This document shows, one piece after another, positions 21,795 to 30,983 of a DNA stretch of 64,000 bases (within the stretch, counting starts at the first letter, position 1; every line of letters begins with the position of its first letter). This DNA comes from an uncultured Planctomycetales bacterium. Its GTDB lineage: Bacteria > Omnitrophota > Gorgyraeia > Zapsychrales > JANLHA01. The stretch is taken from assembly GCA_964450385.1 (NCBI GenBank), contig CAYVEC010000011.1:150-64149 (forward strand). Direction: 5' to 3'. Position numbers and translations under genes: made by a program. The notes under the pieces were generated by a model. The model worked only from the letters and a program-made list of their open reading frames with translations, did no database searches and was not told the origin of the DNA.

Positions 21795-22796
21795 ATGAAG
21801 ACATCCCTGCCTTGCCAGCATTTTGAGAATTTCCAGTTGTCGCGTGACCAGGCGGTTGCTCTGTATCGGACGATGTGCCTCATCCGACGGACAGAGCTCG
21901 TGATCGAAGAGGAGTATCCTAGCGATGAGATGAAGACCCCGATCCATTTAAGCCTGGGCCAGGAGGCGGTCGCGGCAGGGGTGTGTATCGGCCTTTTGAA
22001 TGACGACATGATCTTTAGCAATCATCGAAGTCACGCGCATTATCTTGCCAAAGGCGGGGACCTTAATGCCATGATGGCTGAGCTGTACGGCCGGTCTACG
22101 GGATGCGCCCGGGGCCGCGGCGGGTCGATGCATCTCATCGACACCCGTGTGGGGCATTTCGGATCGTCAGCGATCGTCGCAGGAGGGGTGCCGCATGCGG
22201 CCGGCGCGGCCCTGGCCATGAAGCTTCAGGGAAAACGAACGGTTGCGGTCGCGTTTCTCGGTGATGGGGCTTGTCAGCAGGGGGTTTTTTATGAGAGCCT
22301 GAGCTGGGCCGCGCTCAAAAAGGTTCCGGTGATCTTTGTGATCGAAAATAATTTTTATTCCGTGTGTTCGCCGCTGTCTGTTCGAGAACCGAATGAGGCC
22401 TTTGCAGAGAGGGCCGGGGTTTTTGGGATCCCGTCTTGTCGCGTTGATGGAATGAATGTCATCGACGTCTTCGCCTCGGCGCGTGAGGCCATTGATCAGG
22501 CGCGAGATGGCCGGGGGCCGTTCCTTCTTGAATATCGTGTTCAGCGCTGGCGCGGCCATGCCGGGTCAGGCGATCCCAACGCGGCGCAGTATCGGAGCGC
22601 TGAGGAGCTGGCCGAGGGCTATCGGCGGGACCCTGTTGAGGAATTTAAGGCCGGGATCGGCGGCATCGTTGATGCCGAGGTCCTGCGGGAGATCGAGGCC
22701 GCGGTCGAAGAGAGGGTGCGTCAGGCCGTCGCTTTTGCCAAGGAGAGCCCGGTCGCTGACGGCAGCGATGTGGGGCGACATGTTTTTTGTGATTGA
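21795..22796 (+). CDS. TPP-dependent dehydrogenase E1 component, alpha subunit
   Basis: TPP-binding motif GDGA...ENN (FLGDGACQQG...IENNFYS). Confidence 0.8.
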   Translation: MKTSLPCQHFENFQLSRDQAVALYRTMCLIRRTELVIEEEYPSDEMKTPIHLSLGQEAVAAGVCIGLLNDDMIFSNHRSHAHYLAKGGDLNAMMAELYGRSTGCARGRGGSMHLIDTRVGHFGSSAIVAGGVPHAAGAALAMKLQGKRTVAVAFLGDGACQQGVFYESLSWAALKKVPVIFVIENNFYSVCSPLSVREPNEAFAERAGVFGIPSCRVDGMNVIDVFASAREAIDQARDGRGPFLLEYRVQRWRGHAGSGDPNAAQYRSAEELAEGYRRDPVEEFKAGIGGIVDAEVLREIEAAVEERVRQAVAFAKESPVADGSDVGRHVFCD

Positions 22797-22823
22797 GATG
22801 GATGAATGAAGGGGTTGTGACCG

Positions 22824-23870
22824 ATGCCGTGGACAAGGATTCAGATCGAGCGTGAGGAGCCGGCCTTTGATGAGCATGCCGGAGAGGATGTGCGCAAGCT
22901 TGAGTTTGGGCCGGCCCTCCGCGAGGCCTTGGACCAGGCTCTAGGCTGCGATCCCCGCGTCATTGCCATGGGCCAGGGGATGAATGATGCGAGCGGTATT
23001 TTTGGATCGACGACGGATCTCTACAAAAAATATGGGGTCGAGCGGGTTTTTGATACGCCGCTCAATGAAGAATCGACCGTCGGGATCGCGATTGGCGCGG
23101 CGATGGCCGGGATGCGCCCGGTCGTCATCCACAATCGGCCGGATTTTATGATGATGGCGATGGACCAGATCGTGAATCACGCCGCGAAATGGAGCTATAT
23201 GTTTGCGGGTCAGGTCCGGGTGCCGATCGTGATCCGGGCCTGTGTCGGCCGCGGGTGGGGGTCGGCGGCGCAGCATTCGCAGAGCCTTCATGGCCTGTTT
23301 CATCATGTGCCGGGGCTGAAGATCGTTCTTCCATCGACGGCATATGACGCGAAGGGGCTGTTGCTTGCGAGCATCGCGGATAATAATCCGGTGCTGTTTT
23401 TTGAGCACCGATGGCTCTATAAACACCGGGGGCATGTTCCGGAGCATATGTACGCGGTTCCGTTGGGCCAGGCCTCGATCAAACGCGAGGGGCGTGACGT
23501 GACGATCGTGGCCCTGTCGCATATGGTGATCGAGTCGCTGCGCGCGGCCCATGAGCTCGCGGCGGACGGGATCTCGGTGGAGGTCGTCGATCCCCGGACG
23601 ATCCGGCCGCTTGATTGGCCGGTGATTCTGCGTTCGGTCGCCAAGACCGGCCGGCTGGTTGTGGTCGACCCGGCCTGGCATACCGGCGGATTCGCGGCCG
23701 AGGTTATGGCGGGCGTTGTCGAACAGGGGTGGGGGTCGCTGAAGCGGCCGCCGGTCCGTGTGACCCTGCCGGATGCGTCAACTCCGGCGGGATATGCCTT
23801 GGAACAGGCGTTTTATTTCGGCGTTCCTCAGATCATTGCCGCGGTCCGCGGGATGTTGGGGGACGGTTGA
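22824..23870 (+). CDS. TPP-dependent dehydrogenase E1 component, beta subunit (transketolase-like)
   Basis: Transketolase pyrimidine-binding domain plus C-terminal domain. No E2 or E3 gene nearby. Confidence 0.8.
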   Translation: MPWTRIQIEREEPAFDEHAGEDVRKLEFGPALREALDQALGCDPRVIAMGQGMNDASGIFGSTTDLYKKYGVERVFDTPLNEESTVGIAIGAAMAGMRPVVIHNRPDFMMMAMDQIVNHAAKWSYMFAGQVRVPIVIRACVGRGWGSAAQHSQSLHGLFHHVPGLKIVLPSTAYDAKGLLLASIADNNPVLFFEHRWLYKHRGHVPEHMYAVPLGQASIKREGRDVTIVALSHMVIESLRAAHELAADGISVEVVDPRTIRPLDWPVILRSVAKTGRLVVVDPAWHTGGFAAEVMAGVVEQGWGSLKRPPVRVTLPDASTPAGYALEQAFYFGVPQIIAAVRGMLGDG

Positions 23871-23886
23871 ACTGGCGTGAGGGACC

Positions 23887-24822
23887 ATGGATCAGGCTGA
23901 TCGCGTGCTCATTATCGGGAGTGATGACGGAGGGCAACGGGCCCTGGTCCGTCACTGCCGCGCCGCGGGATACGAACGGGTTCGTTCGGTGTCAGCGGCG
24001 GAGATCGATTTTTTTCAGCCCGACTGTGTCTTTGAATGCCTCGAGCAGACGCGTCCTGATTATGTCTTTTTGACGCCTGTTTTTCCGGTCGGCCCGGTTG
24101 TGTGGCAGCGCCGGCCGGCTGACGGGCTCCGGGCCCTGCTCGCCGCGCAGATGAACGTGATCGAGGCGGCCCATCGGGCCCAGGCAAGAAAGCTGATGAT
24201 CGTCGCGGATACGAGTGTGTATCCGGTCGGGTGCCCCCAGCCGATGCGTGAGGAATATATTGCGACCGGTCAGCCGGTCGGGGGCGAGGGGTTCTGCTCC
24301 ATGGTGAACCTCGCGGCGGTGGCCATGTGTCAGGCCTATCGGCGGCAGTACGGGTTCTCTGCTATTGTTGTGGTCGCGCCCGGCATCTATGGCCCGAGCC
24401 ACGATCTTGATCGGTCGCACCGCCACAGCATTGACGCGATGATCCGTCTTTTTCGTGAGGCGACCCGGTCGGGACGGGACACCGTCGTTGTTCCTGAGGC
24501 CGAGGACCATCGGAGGGAATTTCTTTATGAGGATGATTTCGCCGCCGGGTGCCTTCATCTCATGAGGACCTATGATGAGGAGGCCCCGATCAATCTTGGG
24601 ACCGGGGTTGATGTGGCGGTCGCGCAGCTGGGCCAATGGATCCGAGACCTATCGGGATTCGCGGGAGGCATTGAATATGACGGGTCGTCGGCGGGCATGA
24701 ACTTTCAGCGGGTCCTGGATGTCAGCCGGCTGACGGCGCAGGGATGGATGGCAACGGTCGTTGTCCGTGACGGGTTGGAGCGGACCTGGCGGGCTGTTGT
24801 CGAACAATCAAGGGAGAGATGA
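23887..24822 (+). CDS. GDP-L-fucose synthase (Fcl)-like SDR-fold protein with substituted catalytic residues
   Basis: Alignable to Fcl along its length (MREF, NLGTGVD, LDVSRLTAQGW). Glycine motif is GSDDGGQ, not GxxGxxG. The YxxxK position reads F...V. Confidence 0.65.
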   Translation: MDQADRVLIIGSDDGGQRALVRHCRAAGYERVRSVSAAEIDFFQPDCVFECLEQTRPDYVFLTPVFPVGPVVWQRRPADGLRALLAAQMNVIEAAHRAQARKLMIVADTSVYPVGCPQPMREEYIATGQPVGGEGFCSMVNLAAVAMCQAYRRQYGFSAIVVVAPGIYGPSHDLDRSHRHSIDAMIRLFREATRSGRDTVVVPEAEDHRREFLYEDDFAAGCLHLMRTYDEEAPINLGTGVDVAVAQLGQWIRDLSGFAGGIEYDGSSAGMNFQRVLDVSRLTAQGWMATVVVRDGLERTWRAVVEQSRER

Positions 24823-24826
24823 GACG

Positions 24827-25756
24827 ATGAACATCTTAGTTACCGGCGGAGCCGGCTACATCGGTTCGGTGCTTGTCCCCCGGCTCTTGGCCGAGGGGCA
24901 CAGGGTCACGGTCGCGGATAATTTTATGTACCGGCAGGCGTCGCTGCTTGACTGCTGCTGCCATCCGGACCTTACGATCGTGCGCGGGGATACCCGTGAC
25001 CGACGGGTCATGGAGCCGCTCATCGCGGCAGCGGACGCGGTCTTTCCGCTCGCCTGTCTGACCGGGGCGCCGCTCTGTTCGCAGGACCCGGAAGAAGCGA
25101 AGAGTGTCATTGTTGATGCCGTGAAGATGATCCTCTCGCTTCGCCGGCCCGAGCAGATCATGATCTATCCCACAACGAACAGCGGTTATGGGATCGGGGC
25201 TGAGGGGATGTGCACCGAGACCTCGCCCCTTCGGCCGGTGTCATTGTACGGTCGGCTGAAGGTCGAGGCCGAGACGATGATCCTTGACAGCGGCAACGCG
25301 ATCACCCTGCGGCTGGCCACGGCCTTTGGGATCAGCCCGCGGATGCGGCTTGATCTCCTGGTGAACGATTTCACGTATCGGGCGGTCTATGACCGATATG
25401 TGATCGTTTTTCAGGCGGCATTCCGTCGGAATTTCATCCATGTGCGTGACGTGGCGAAGGCCTTTTCGCATTGTCTTGATCACTTTGCCGCGATGAAGGA
25501 TCAGGTCTACAACGTCGGACTGAGTGACGCGAATTTGACGAAGTGGCAGCTCTGTGAGGCGATCCGGCAGGAGATCCCTGATTTTTATTTTGTGGAATCG
25601 GCGATCAATGAGGATCCGGACAAACGGGACTATCTTGTCTCAAACGCGAAGATCGAGGCGGCGGGTTTTCGGCCGGAGTTTTCGCTCCAGCGGGGGATCC
25701 AGGAACTGATTAAGGGATATCAGGTGATCAAGCGGAATCAGTACGCGAATGTTTAA
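24827..25756 (+). CDS. NAD-dependent epimerase/dehydratase family protein
   Basis: MNILVTGGAGYIGS, YGRLK (YxxxK). Track ORF begins upstream at 24761; ATG 24827 has RBS AGGGAGAG. Confidence 0.8.
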   Translation: MNILVTGGAGYIGSVLVPRLLAEGHRVTVADNFMYRQASLLDCCCHPDLTIVRGDTRDRRVMEPLIAAADAVFPLACLTGAPLCSQDPEEAKSVIVDAVKMILSLRRPEQIMIYPTTNSGYGIGAEGMCTETSPLRPVSLYGRLKVEAETMILDSGNAITLRLATAFGISPRMRLDLLVNDFTYRAVYDRYVIVFQAAFRRNFIHVRDVAKAFSHCLDHFAAMKDQVYNVGLSDANLTKWQLCEAIRQEIPDFYFVESAINEDPDKRDYLVSNAKIEAAGFRPEFSLQRGIQELIKGYQVIKRNQYANV

Positions 25757-25783
25757 ACAGTTTTAATCGTGGTGAGAGAAGGC

Positions 25784-27295
25784 ATGTCCGTCGATATTTT
25801 ATTTGTTCATCCGAATGCGAGCGACGTGATCTATCAGGATCTCGGGAAGGACTTTTCGGCCATCGAACCGCCGATCTGGGCCGGGATGCTCGCGGGGCAT
25901 GTTCGGGCTCACGGCTTTTCGGTCGAGATCCTTGACGCTGAGGCCTTGGGGCTGACGGATGAGCGGGCCCTTGAGACGATCGCGCGCGTCGCGCCGCGGT
26001 TGGTAGCCTTTGTGATCTATGGACAGCAGCCGAGCGCCTCGACGCAGAACATGACCGGGGCAGTACGGCTTGCAGAAAAACTCCGGGATCGGGACCGTGA
26101 TCAGCGGATCCTTTTCGTCGGGGCCCATGTCGCGGCCCTGCCGTGCGAGGTCATGACGCGGCATGCCTGTGTGGACTTTGTGTGTCAGAACGAAGGGGTC
26201 TACACGATCTCGGCCCTGCTCGGGACCGACCTCCATACGCGTTTGGACGCAGTGCGGGGTCTTGGATGGCGGCGCGACGGTGAGATCGTGCTCAATCGTC
26301 CGTCCCCGATCGTAGCCCAGGCCGACCTTTCGCGGGAGCTGCCGGGCGTGGCGTGGGACCTCCTGCCGATCGAGCGGTATCGGACCGCGCTCTGGCATTC
26401 ATTGCCGAACGGGTGTGTCCGCCAGCCGTTCGCGGCCATCTATACGAGCCTTGGCTGTCCGATGCGCTGCGCCTTCTGCATGATCAACATCATTAACCGG
26501 CAGGAGAATGAATTTGCCGACGGAAGCGCGGTCTTTCGGTATTGGAGCCCCGAATGGATGATCCGGGACCTCGAGCGTCTCGCCGCGATGGGGATCAGAA
26601 ACCTCAAGATCGCCGACGAGCTGTTTGTGTTTAAGACCGAACATTTTCTGCGGCTCTGCGAGCTCATCATCGAGCGCGGGCTGGTCTTTAATATCTGGTG
26701 TTATGCCCGGGTCGATATGACCCGACCCGAGTACTTGGACGTCTTGAAAAAGGCGGGGGTGAATTTTTTGGCGCTTGGGATCGAGAGCGCGAGCGCCCGC
26801 GTCCGGCGAGGGGTTGTGAAGGGGCGGTTTGCCGAGGGAGATGTTCGAACGACGGTTGCCGCGATCCGCGCGAGCGGGATCCATGTCGCGGCGAATTATA
26901 TCTTCGGACTGCCTGAAGATGATCGCGCGAGCATGCAGGAGACCCTGGACTTGGCTATGGAGCTCAATACGGAGATGGCCAATTTTTATTGTGCCATGGC
27001 CTATCCCGGCAGCCCCCTTTACGGGGAGGCCGTGTGCCGGGGATGGCGGCTGCCGTCGTCGTATGCCGGGTTTTCGCAGCACGCCTATGAGACAGCCCCG
27101 CTCCCGACGGTGCATCTGAGCGCCGCCGATGTCCTGGCCTTTCGCGATCAGGCGTGGCACGCGTATCATACACGCCCGGCATTTTTGGACATGCTCGGCC
27201 GGACCTTTGGACCCGCGGCGGTGGAACAGACCGTAGCGTCGACAAAGATCCGTTTGCGGAGAAAACTTTTGGAGGAGGCGGGACATGATCATTAG
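25784..27295 (+). CDS. B12-binding domain radical SAM enzyme (class B radical SAM)
   Basis: N-terminal cobalamin-binding-like domain. Radical SAM cysteine motif CPMRCAFC. About 500 aa. Confidence 0.8.
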   Translation: MSVDILFVHPNASDVIYQDLGKDFSAIEPPIWAGMLAGHVRAHGFSVEILDAEALGLTDERALETIARVAPRLVAFVIYGQQPSASTQNMTGAVRLAEKLRDRDRDQRILFVGAHVAALPCEVMTRHACVDFVCQNEGVYTISALLGTDLHTRLDAVRGLGWRRDGEIVLNRPSPIVAQADLSRELPGVAWDLLPIERYRTALWHSLPNGCVRQPFAAIYTSLGCPMRCAFCMINIINRQENEFADGSAVFRYWSPEWMIRDLERLAAMGIRNLKIADELFVFKTEHFLRLCELIIERGLVFNIWCYARVDMTRPEYLDVLKKAGVNFLALGIESASARVRRGVVKGRFAEGDVRTTVAAIRASGIHVAANYIFGLPEDDRASMQETLDLAMELNTEMANFYCAMAYPGSPLYGEAVCRGWRLPSSYAGFSQHAYETAPLPTVHLSAADVLAFRDQAWHAYHTRPAFLDMLGRTFGPAAVEQTVASTKIRLRRKLLEEAGHDH

Positions 27296-28286
27296 TCGAA
27301 CACCATTTCGGGTGTCGTTTTTTGGAGGCGGGACGGATTATCCCCAGTGGTTCGCGGGTCATCCGGGCGCGGTCCTCGGGACCACCATTGATAAATATTG
27401 TTACATCACCTGCCGGTATCTGCCGCCGTTCTTTGACCATCGGTCGCGGATCCTCTATTCTCAGATCGAGACCGTCAGGGAGATCGATGAGATCGATCAT
27501 CCGGCGGTGCGCGAGGTCCTTCGGTTCTTGAATATCCATGAGGGCGTTGAGATCCATCATGACGGGGATCTGCCGGCGAGGACGGGGCTGGGGTCGAGCT
27601 CGTCGTTTACCGTTGGGCTTCTCAATAGTCTCTATGCCCTGCTCGGCAAGATGCCGACGAAAGAGCAGTTGGCCCGTGAGGCGATCCATATTGAGCAGGA
27701 GAAGTGCCGGGAGCATGTCGGGTGCCAGGACCAGACCCTGGCGGCTTACGGGGGGCTCAACTATATTGAATTTGGCGGGGATCAGCATCTGAAGGTCCAG
27801 CGGATGACGATCGATCCCGCGGTCGTGCAGGATCTGCAGGACCATTTGATGATGTTTTTTACCGGGTTCTCGCGGCTTGCCTCGGAGATCGCGAAACAGC
27901 AGATCGATAATATGGATCACAAGACACGCGAGTTAACCACGATGTATGAGATGACGCGCGAGGCCGTGGAGCAGTTAAAGACCGGCCGCGTCACGGGTTT
28001 TGGCCGGCTCCTCGATGACAGCTGGCGGCTCAAACGATCGTTATCCGACAAAATTTCAACACCAGAGATCGATCAGATGTACCAGGCGGCGATCGAGGCC
28101 GGGGCCTTGGGCGGCAAGGTGCTCGGTGCCGGCGGCGGGGGGTTCGTGCTTCTCTTTGTTCCGCCCGAGCTGCAGGCCCGGGTCCGTGAGCGGCTGAAGA
28201 AATATTTAGTGGTCCCGTTCCGTTTTGAGAATCTCGGGTCCCAGATCATTTTCTATCAACCGAATACCGGGAAGGTCTCTCCATGA
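27285..28286 (+). CDS. GHMP kinase, HddA-like D-glycero-D-manno-heptose 7-phosphate kinase
   Basis: PFRVSFFGGGTDYP, GLGSSSS GHMP motifs. Good match to the HddA family. Confidence 0.75.
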   Translation: MIISRTPFRVSFFGGGTDYPQWFAGHPGAVLGTTIDKYCYITCRYLPPFFDHRSRILYSQIETVREIDEIDHPAVREVLRFLNIHEGVEIHHDGDLPARTGLGSSSSFTVGLLNSLYALLGKMPTKEQLAREAIHIEQEKCREHVGCQDQTLAAYGGLNYIEFGGDQHLKVQRMTIDPAVVQDLQDHLMMFFTGFSRLASEIAKQQIDNMDHKTRELTTMYEMTREAVEQLKTGRVTGFGRLLDDSWRLKRSLSDKISTPEIDQMYQAAIEAGALGGKVLGAGGGGFVLLFVPPELQARVRERLKKYLVVPFRFENLGSQIIFYQPNTGKVSP

Positions 28287-29008
28287 CAGGTGAGTGGGGG
28301 CGTGAGACAGATGTCTTGATCCTCTGCGGCGGGTTCGGGACTCGGATGAGGCCGGCCATTGGGGTGCGTCAGAAGGTCGCGGTGGATGTCGGCGGGCGGC
28401 CTGTTCTTGTCTGGCAGCTCGACCGGCTCGCAGCGGCCGGGGCCTGTCATGTGGTACTTGCCGCAGGATTCGGCGCCGATGAGGTAGGCCGGATCGCTGA
28501 GGGGCATTCCGAAGGGCTTGAGATCGATCTCTCGATTGAGCCGCGACCCTTGGGCACGGGGGGTGCGATCAAGTTCGCTCGCCGCCTCGGCCGGTCAGGG
28601 CGTTGGCTGATCCTTAATGGTGATTGCCTCTCCGAGGTCGATTTTGCGAAATTCGTCGAGTATCATCGATCAAAGGAGTCGGCCGTGACCCTCACAGTGA
28701 CTCGGCGGGATGATGCCCATGAATACGGCACGGTCGCCTTTGAGGCGGACGGCCGGATCACGGCCTTCCGCGAAAAGGAGGCGGCCTTGACAACGGGGTT
28801 TGTGAGCCTGGGCGTCTATTGTTTTAATGATGAGGCCTTTGACTGGATGCCGTCGAGAGAGGCCTTTTCGATTGAAAAGGATTTTTTCCCCGAGGTCTTG
28901 CGCCATCCGGTCTTTGCCTATCGTGAGGAACGGCCGTTTGTGGATGTCGGGACTCCGGAGCGGCTCAAGGTCGCGGATGACCTTATGCGAAAGGATCGAT
29001 CGACGTGA
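28283..29008 (+). CDS. Sugar-phosphate nucleotidyltransferase, HddC-like
   Basis: LILCGGFGTRMRP nucleotidyltransferase motif. ATGA overlap with the kinase gene. Confidence 0.75.
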   Translation: MTGEWGRETDVLILCGGFGTRMRPAIGVRQKVAVDVGGRPVLVWQLDRLAAAGACHVVLAAGFGADEVGRIAEGHSEGLEIDLSIEPRPLGTGGAIKFARRLGRSGRWLILNGDCLSEVDFAKFVEYHRSKESAVTLTVTRRDDAHEYGTVAFEADGRITAFREKEAALTTGFVSLGVYCFNDEAFDWMPSREAFSIEKDFFPEVLRHPVFAYREERPFVDVGTPERLKVADDLMRKDRST

Positions 29009-30171
29009 GAGAATCACAGAAAAATAAAAGCGTAGAGGACAAGGCGGGATATCGTGTCCCGTTCGGGACCGTCTCGATCACCGCTGAGGCGCGGGCTATG
29101 ATCGACCAGGCCCTCGCCACCGGTTTTGTGACGAACGGCCGGTACGTCCGTGATTTTGAGCGGGCCTTTGCCGATCTCTTCGGGGTGCGCGAGGCCGTCG
29201 CGGTATCAAGCGGCACGGACGCCGATGCCCTGGCGCTTGCCGCCCTCTATGACGACGGGGCCCAGCGGGGGGACGAGATTATTATTCCAGCCCTGTCTTT
29301 TATTGCGACCGGGAACGCGGTCTTCCAGGCCGGATTCCGTCCGGTCTTTGTCGACATCCGCCGGGAGACCCTGAATATCAATCCTGATCAGATCGAGGCG
29401 GCGATCACCCAGCGGACGCGCGCGATCATGCCGGTTCATCTGATGGGAAAACCCGCGGAGATGGATGCGATTATGGCCATCGCGAAGCGGCACGGACTTG
29501 CCGTCATCGAGGATGCGGCCGAGGCGCACGGCGCGGTCTATCGAGGCCGACGGGTCGGGACGATCGGTGAGATGGCGGCCTTCAGTCTTTACGCCGCGCA
29601 TATTGTGACGAGTATCGAGGGCGGGATGATCACGACGAACGATCCCGCGCGCGCCGCGGCGCTGCGGTCGCTCCGAAATCACGGGATGGAGAACAAATTT
29701 GACTGCCGGCGTATCGGGTTTTCATCAAAGATGAACGAGCTTGAGGCCGCGGTGGGTCTGGGAAATATTCGGGTCTTTGATGAAATCCTGGCGGCGCGCC
29801 GTCGGAATCTGCTCTATTTGAGCGAACGGTTCGCACGGTTTTCCGACTATTTTCTTTTTATCCTGGAAGAAGAGGGCGAGCGCATCGGGCCGCACGCGTT
29901 TTCCATTATCTTGAAAGAAGGGTGCCGGTTCACGAAAGACGCCTTTGTCGATTTTCTCGATGCCCGGGGGATCGATTCGCGGAACTTGTTTTATTCGATG
30001 CCGACGCAGTGCCCGAGCTATGGGTTCTTGGGATACCGCCTCGGCGATTTTCCTGAGGCCGAATATTCTGCGGACCACGGGACGCATATCGGGATCCACC
30101 AGGACATCGGACTCGCGCAGCTTGATTATGTGATCGAGACCGTCCATGAATTTTTGGGGGGGCATGCATGA
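29005..30171 (+). CDS. DegT/DnrJ/EryC1/StrS family PLP-dependent sugar aminotransferase
   Basis: Family pattern throughout. GTG start overlapping the upstream stop (GTGA). Confidence 0.8.
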   Translation: MRESQKNKSVEDKAGYRVPFGTVSITAEARAMIDQALATGFVTNGRYVRDFERAFADLFGVREAVAVSSGTDADALALAALYDDGAQRGDEIIIPALSFIATGNAVFQAGFRPVFVDIRRETLNINPDQIEAAITQRTRAIMPVHLMGKPAEMDAIMAIAKRHGLAVIEDAAEAHGAVYRGRRVGTIGEMAAFSLYAAHIVTSIEGGMITTNDPARAAALRSLRNHGMENKFDCRRIGFSSKMNELEAAVGLGNIRVFDEILAARRRNLLYLSERFARFSDYFLFILEEEGERIGPHAFSIILKEGCRFTKDAFVDFLDARGIDSRNLFYSMPTQCPSYGFLGYRLGDFPEAEYSADHGTHIGIHQDIGLAQLDYVIETVHEFLGGHA

Positions 30172-30962
30172 GGACGCTCCGCCCTTGGCGCAGGACCGCG
30201 ATCGGGTTTTTGGCGACGGTGCTCGTTCTGCTCGCCGCCTATCAGTGGTGGCTCGTTCCGCGTTATACTGTTCCGATTTTTATGTACCATTATATCGGCC
30301 AGGGCGGCGGGCTTTCGGTGACTCCGGAAAATTTCGAGCGTCAGATGGCCTTTCTTCACCGGCACGGATACCGGGTGATCTCCCTAAACGCGCTCGGCGC
30401 CGGTCTTCGGCGGGGCGAGACCTTCCCGATGGGAACGGTCGTGATCACCTTTGATGACGGGACCCGCGATAATTTTGAGTATGCCGCGCCGGTGCTGAAG
30501 CGGTATGGGTTTCCGGCGACGATCTTCATTCAGACCGGGCGGATGGCCGGGGCGTATGACGGCAGTTCGCTTCTTTCCTGGGAGCAGACCCGCGAGATGC
30601 GGGACGACGGGATCCTTTTCGGGAGCCACACCCGGCGGCATGCCTATGTGCCGGAGCTCGACGAGGAAGGCCTTGAGCTCGAGATCGCCGGATCCTACAA
30701 GGATCTAACGCGGGAGCTCGGGCCGGGAGAGTATTTTTTTTCCTATCCCGTCGGCGGGTTCACGCCTGAGGGGAAAGAGGCGGTGCGCCGGGCAGGGTAC
30801 GCCGGGGCGGTCACGACCAACCGCGGCCGGGACCGGTTCAATCGCGACGTTTTTGAGCTGAACCGGGTGAAGATCAAGGATTCGGATCGGAATCCGGTGC
30901 TGTTGTGGCTGAAGGCCTCGGGGTTTTTTAATATCCTGAGAACCCTCCAACCTCCGGCGTGA
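30168..30962 (+). CDS. Polysaccharide deacetylase (CE4) family protein with N-terminal TM anchor
   Basis: VITFDDGTRDN...HTRRH motifs. Confidence 0.8.
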   Translation: MRTLRPWRRTAIGFLATVLVLLAAYQWWLVPRYTVPIFMYHYIGQGGGLSVTPENFERQMAFLHRHGYRVISLNALGAGLRRGETFPMGTVVITFDDGTRDNFEYAAPVLKRYGFPATIFIQTGRMAGAYDGSSLLSWEQTREMRDDGILFGSHTRRHAYVPELDEEGLELEIAGSYKDLTRELGPGEYFFSYPVGGFTPEGKEAVRRAGYAGAVTTNRGRDRFNRDVFELNRVKIKDSDRNPVLLWLKASGFFNILRTLQPPA

Positions 30963-30983
30963 GCGGGCGAGAGGCGGACGGGC

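Noticed and set aside
21795-23870. Reading the E1 alpha/beta pair as a pyruvate dehydrogenase complex
   Set aside because: No E2 or E3 genes follow. The pair is embedded in a nucleotide-sugar/glycosyltransferase operon, so a central-metabolic complex is unlikely. Kept as a finding with a sugar-modification hypothesis.
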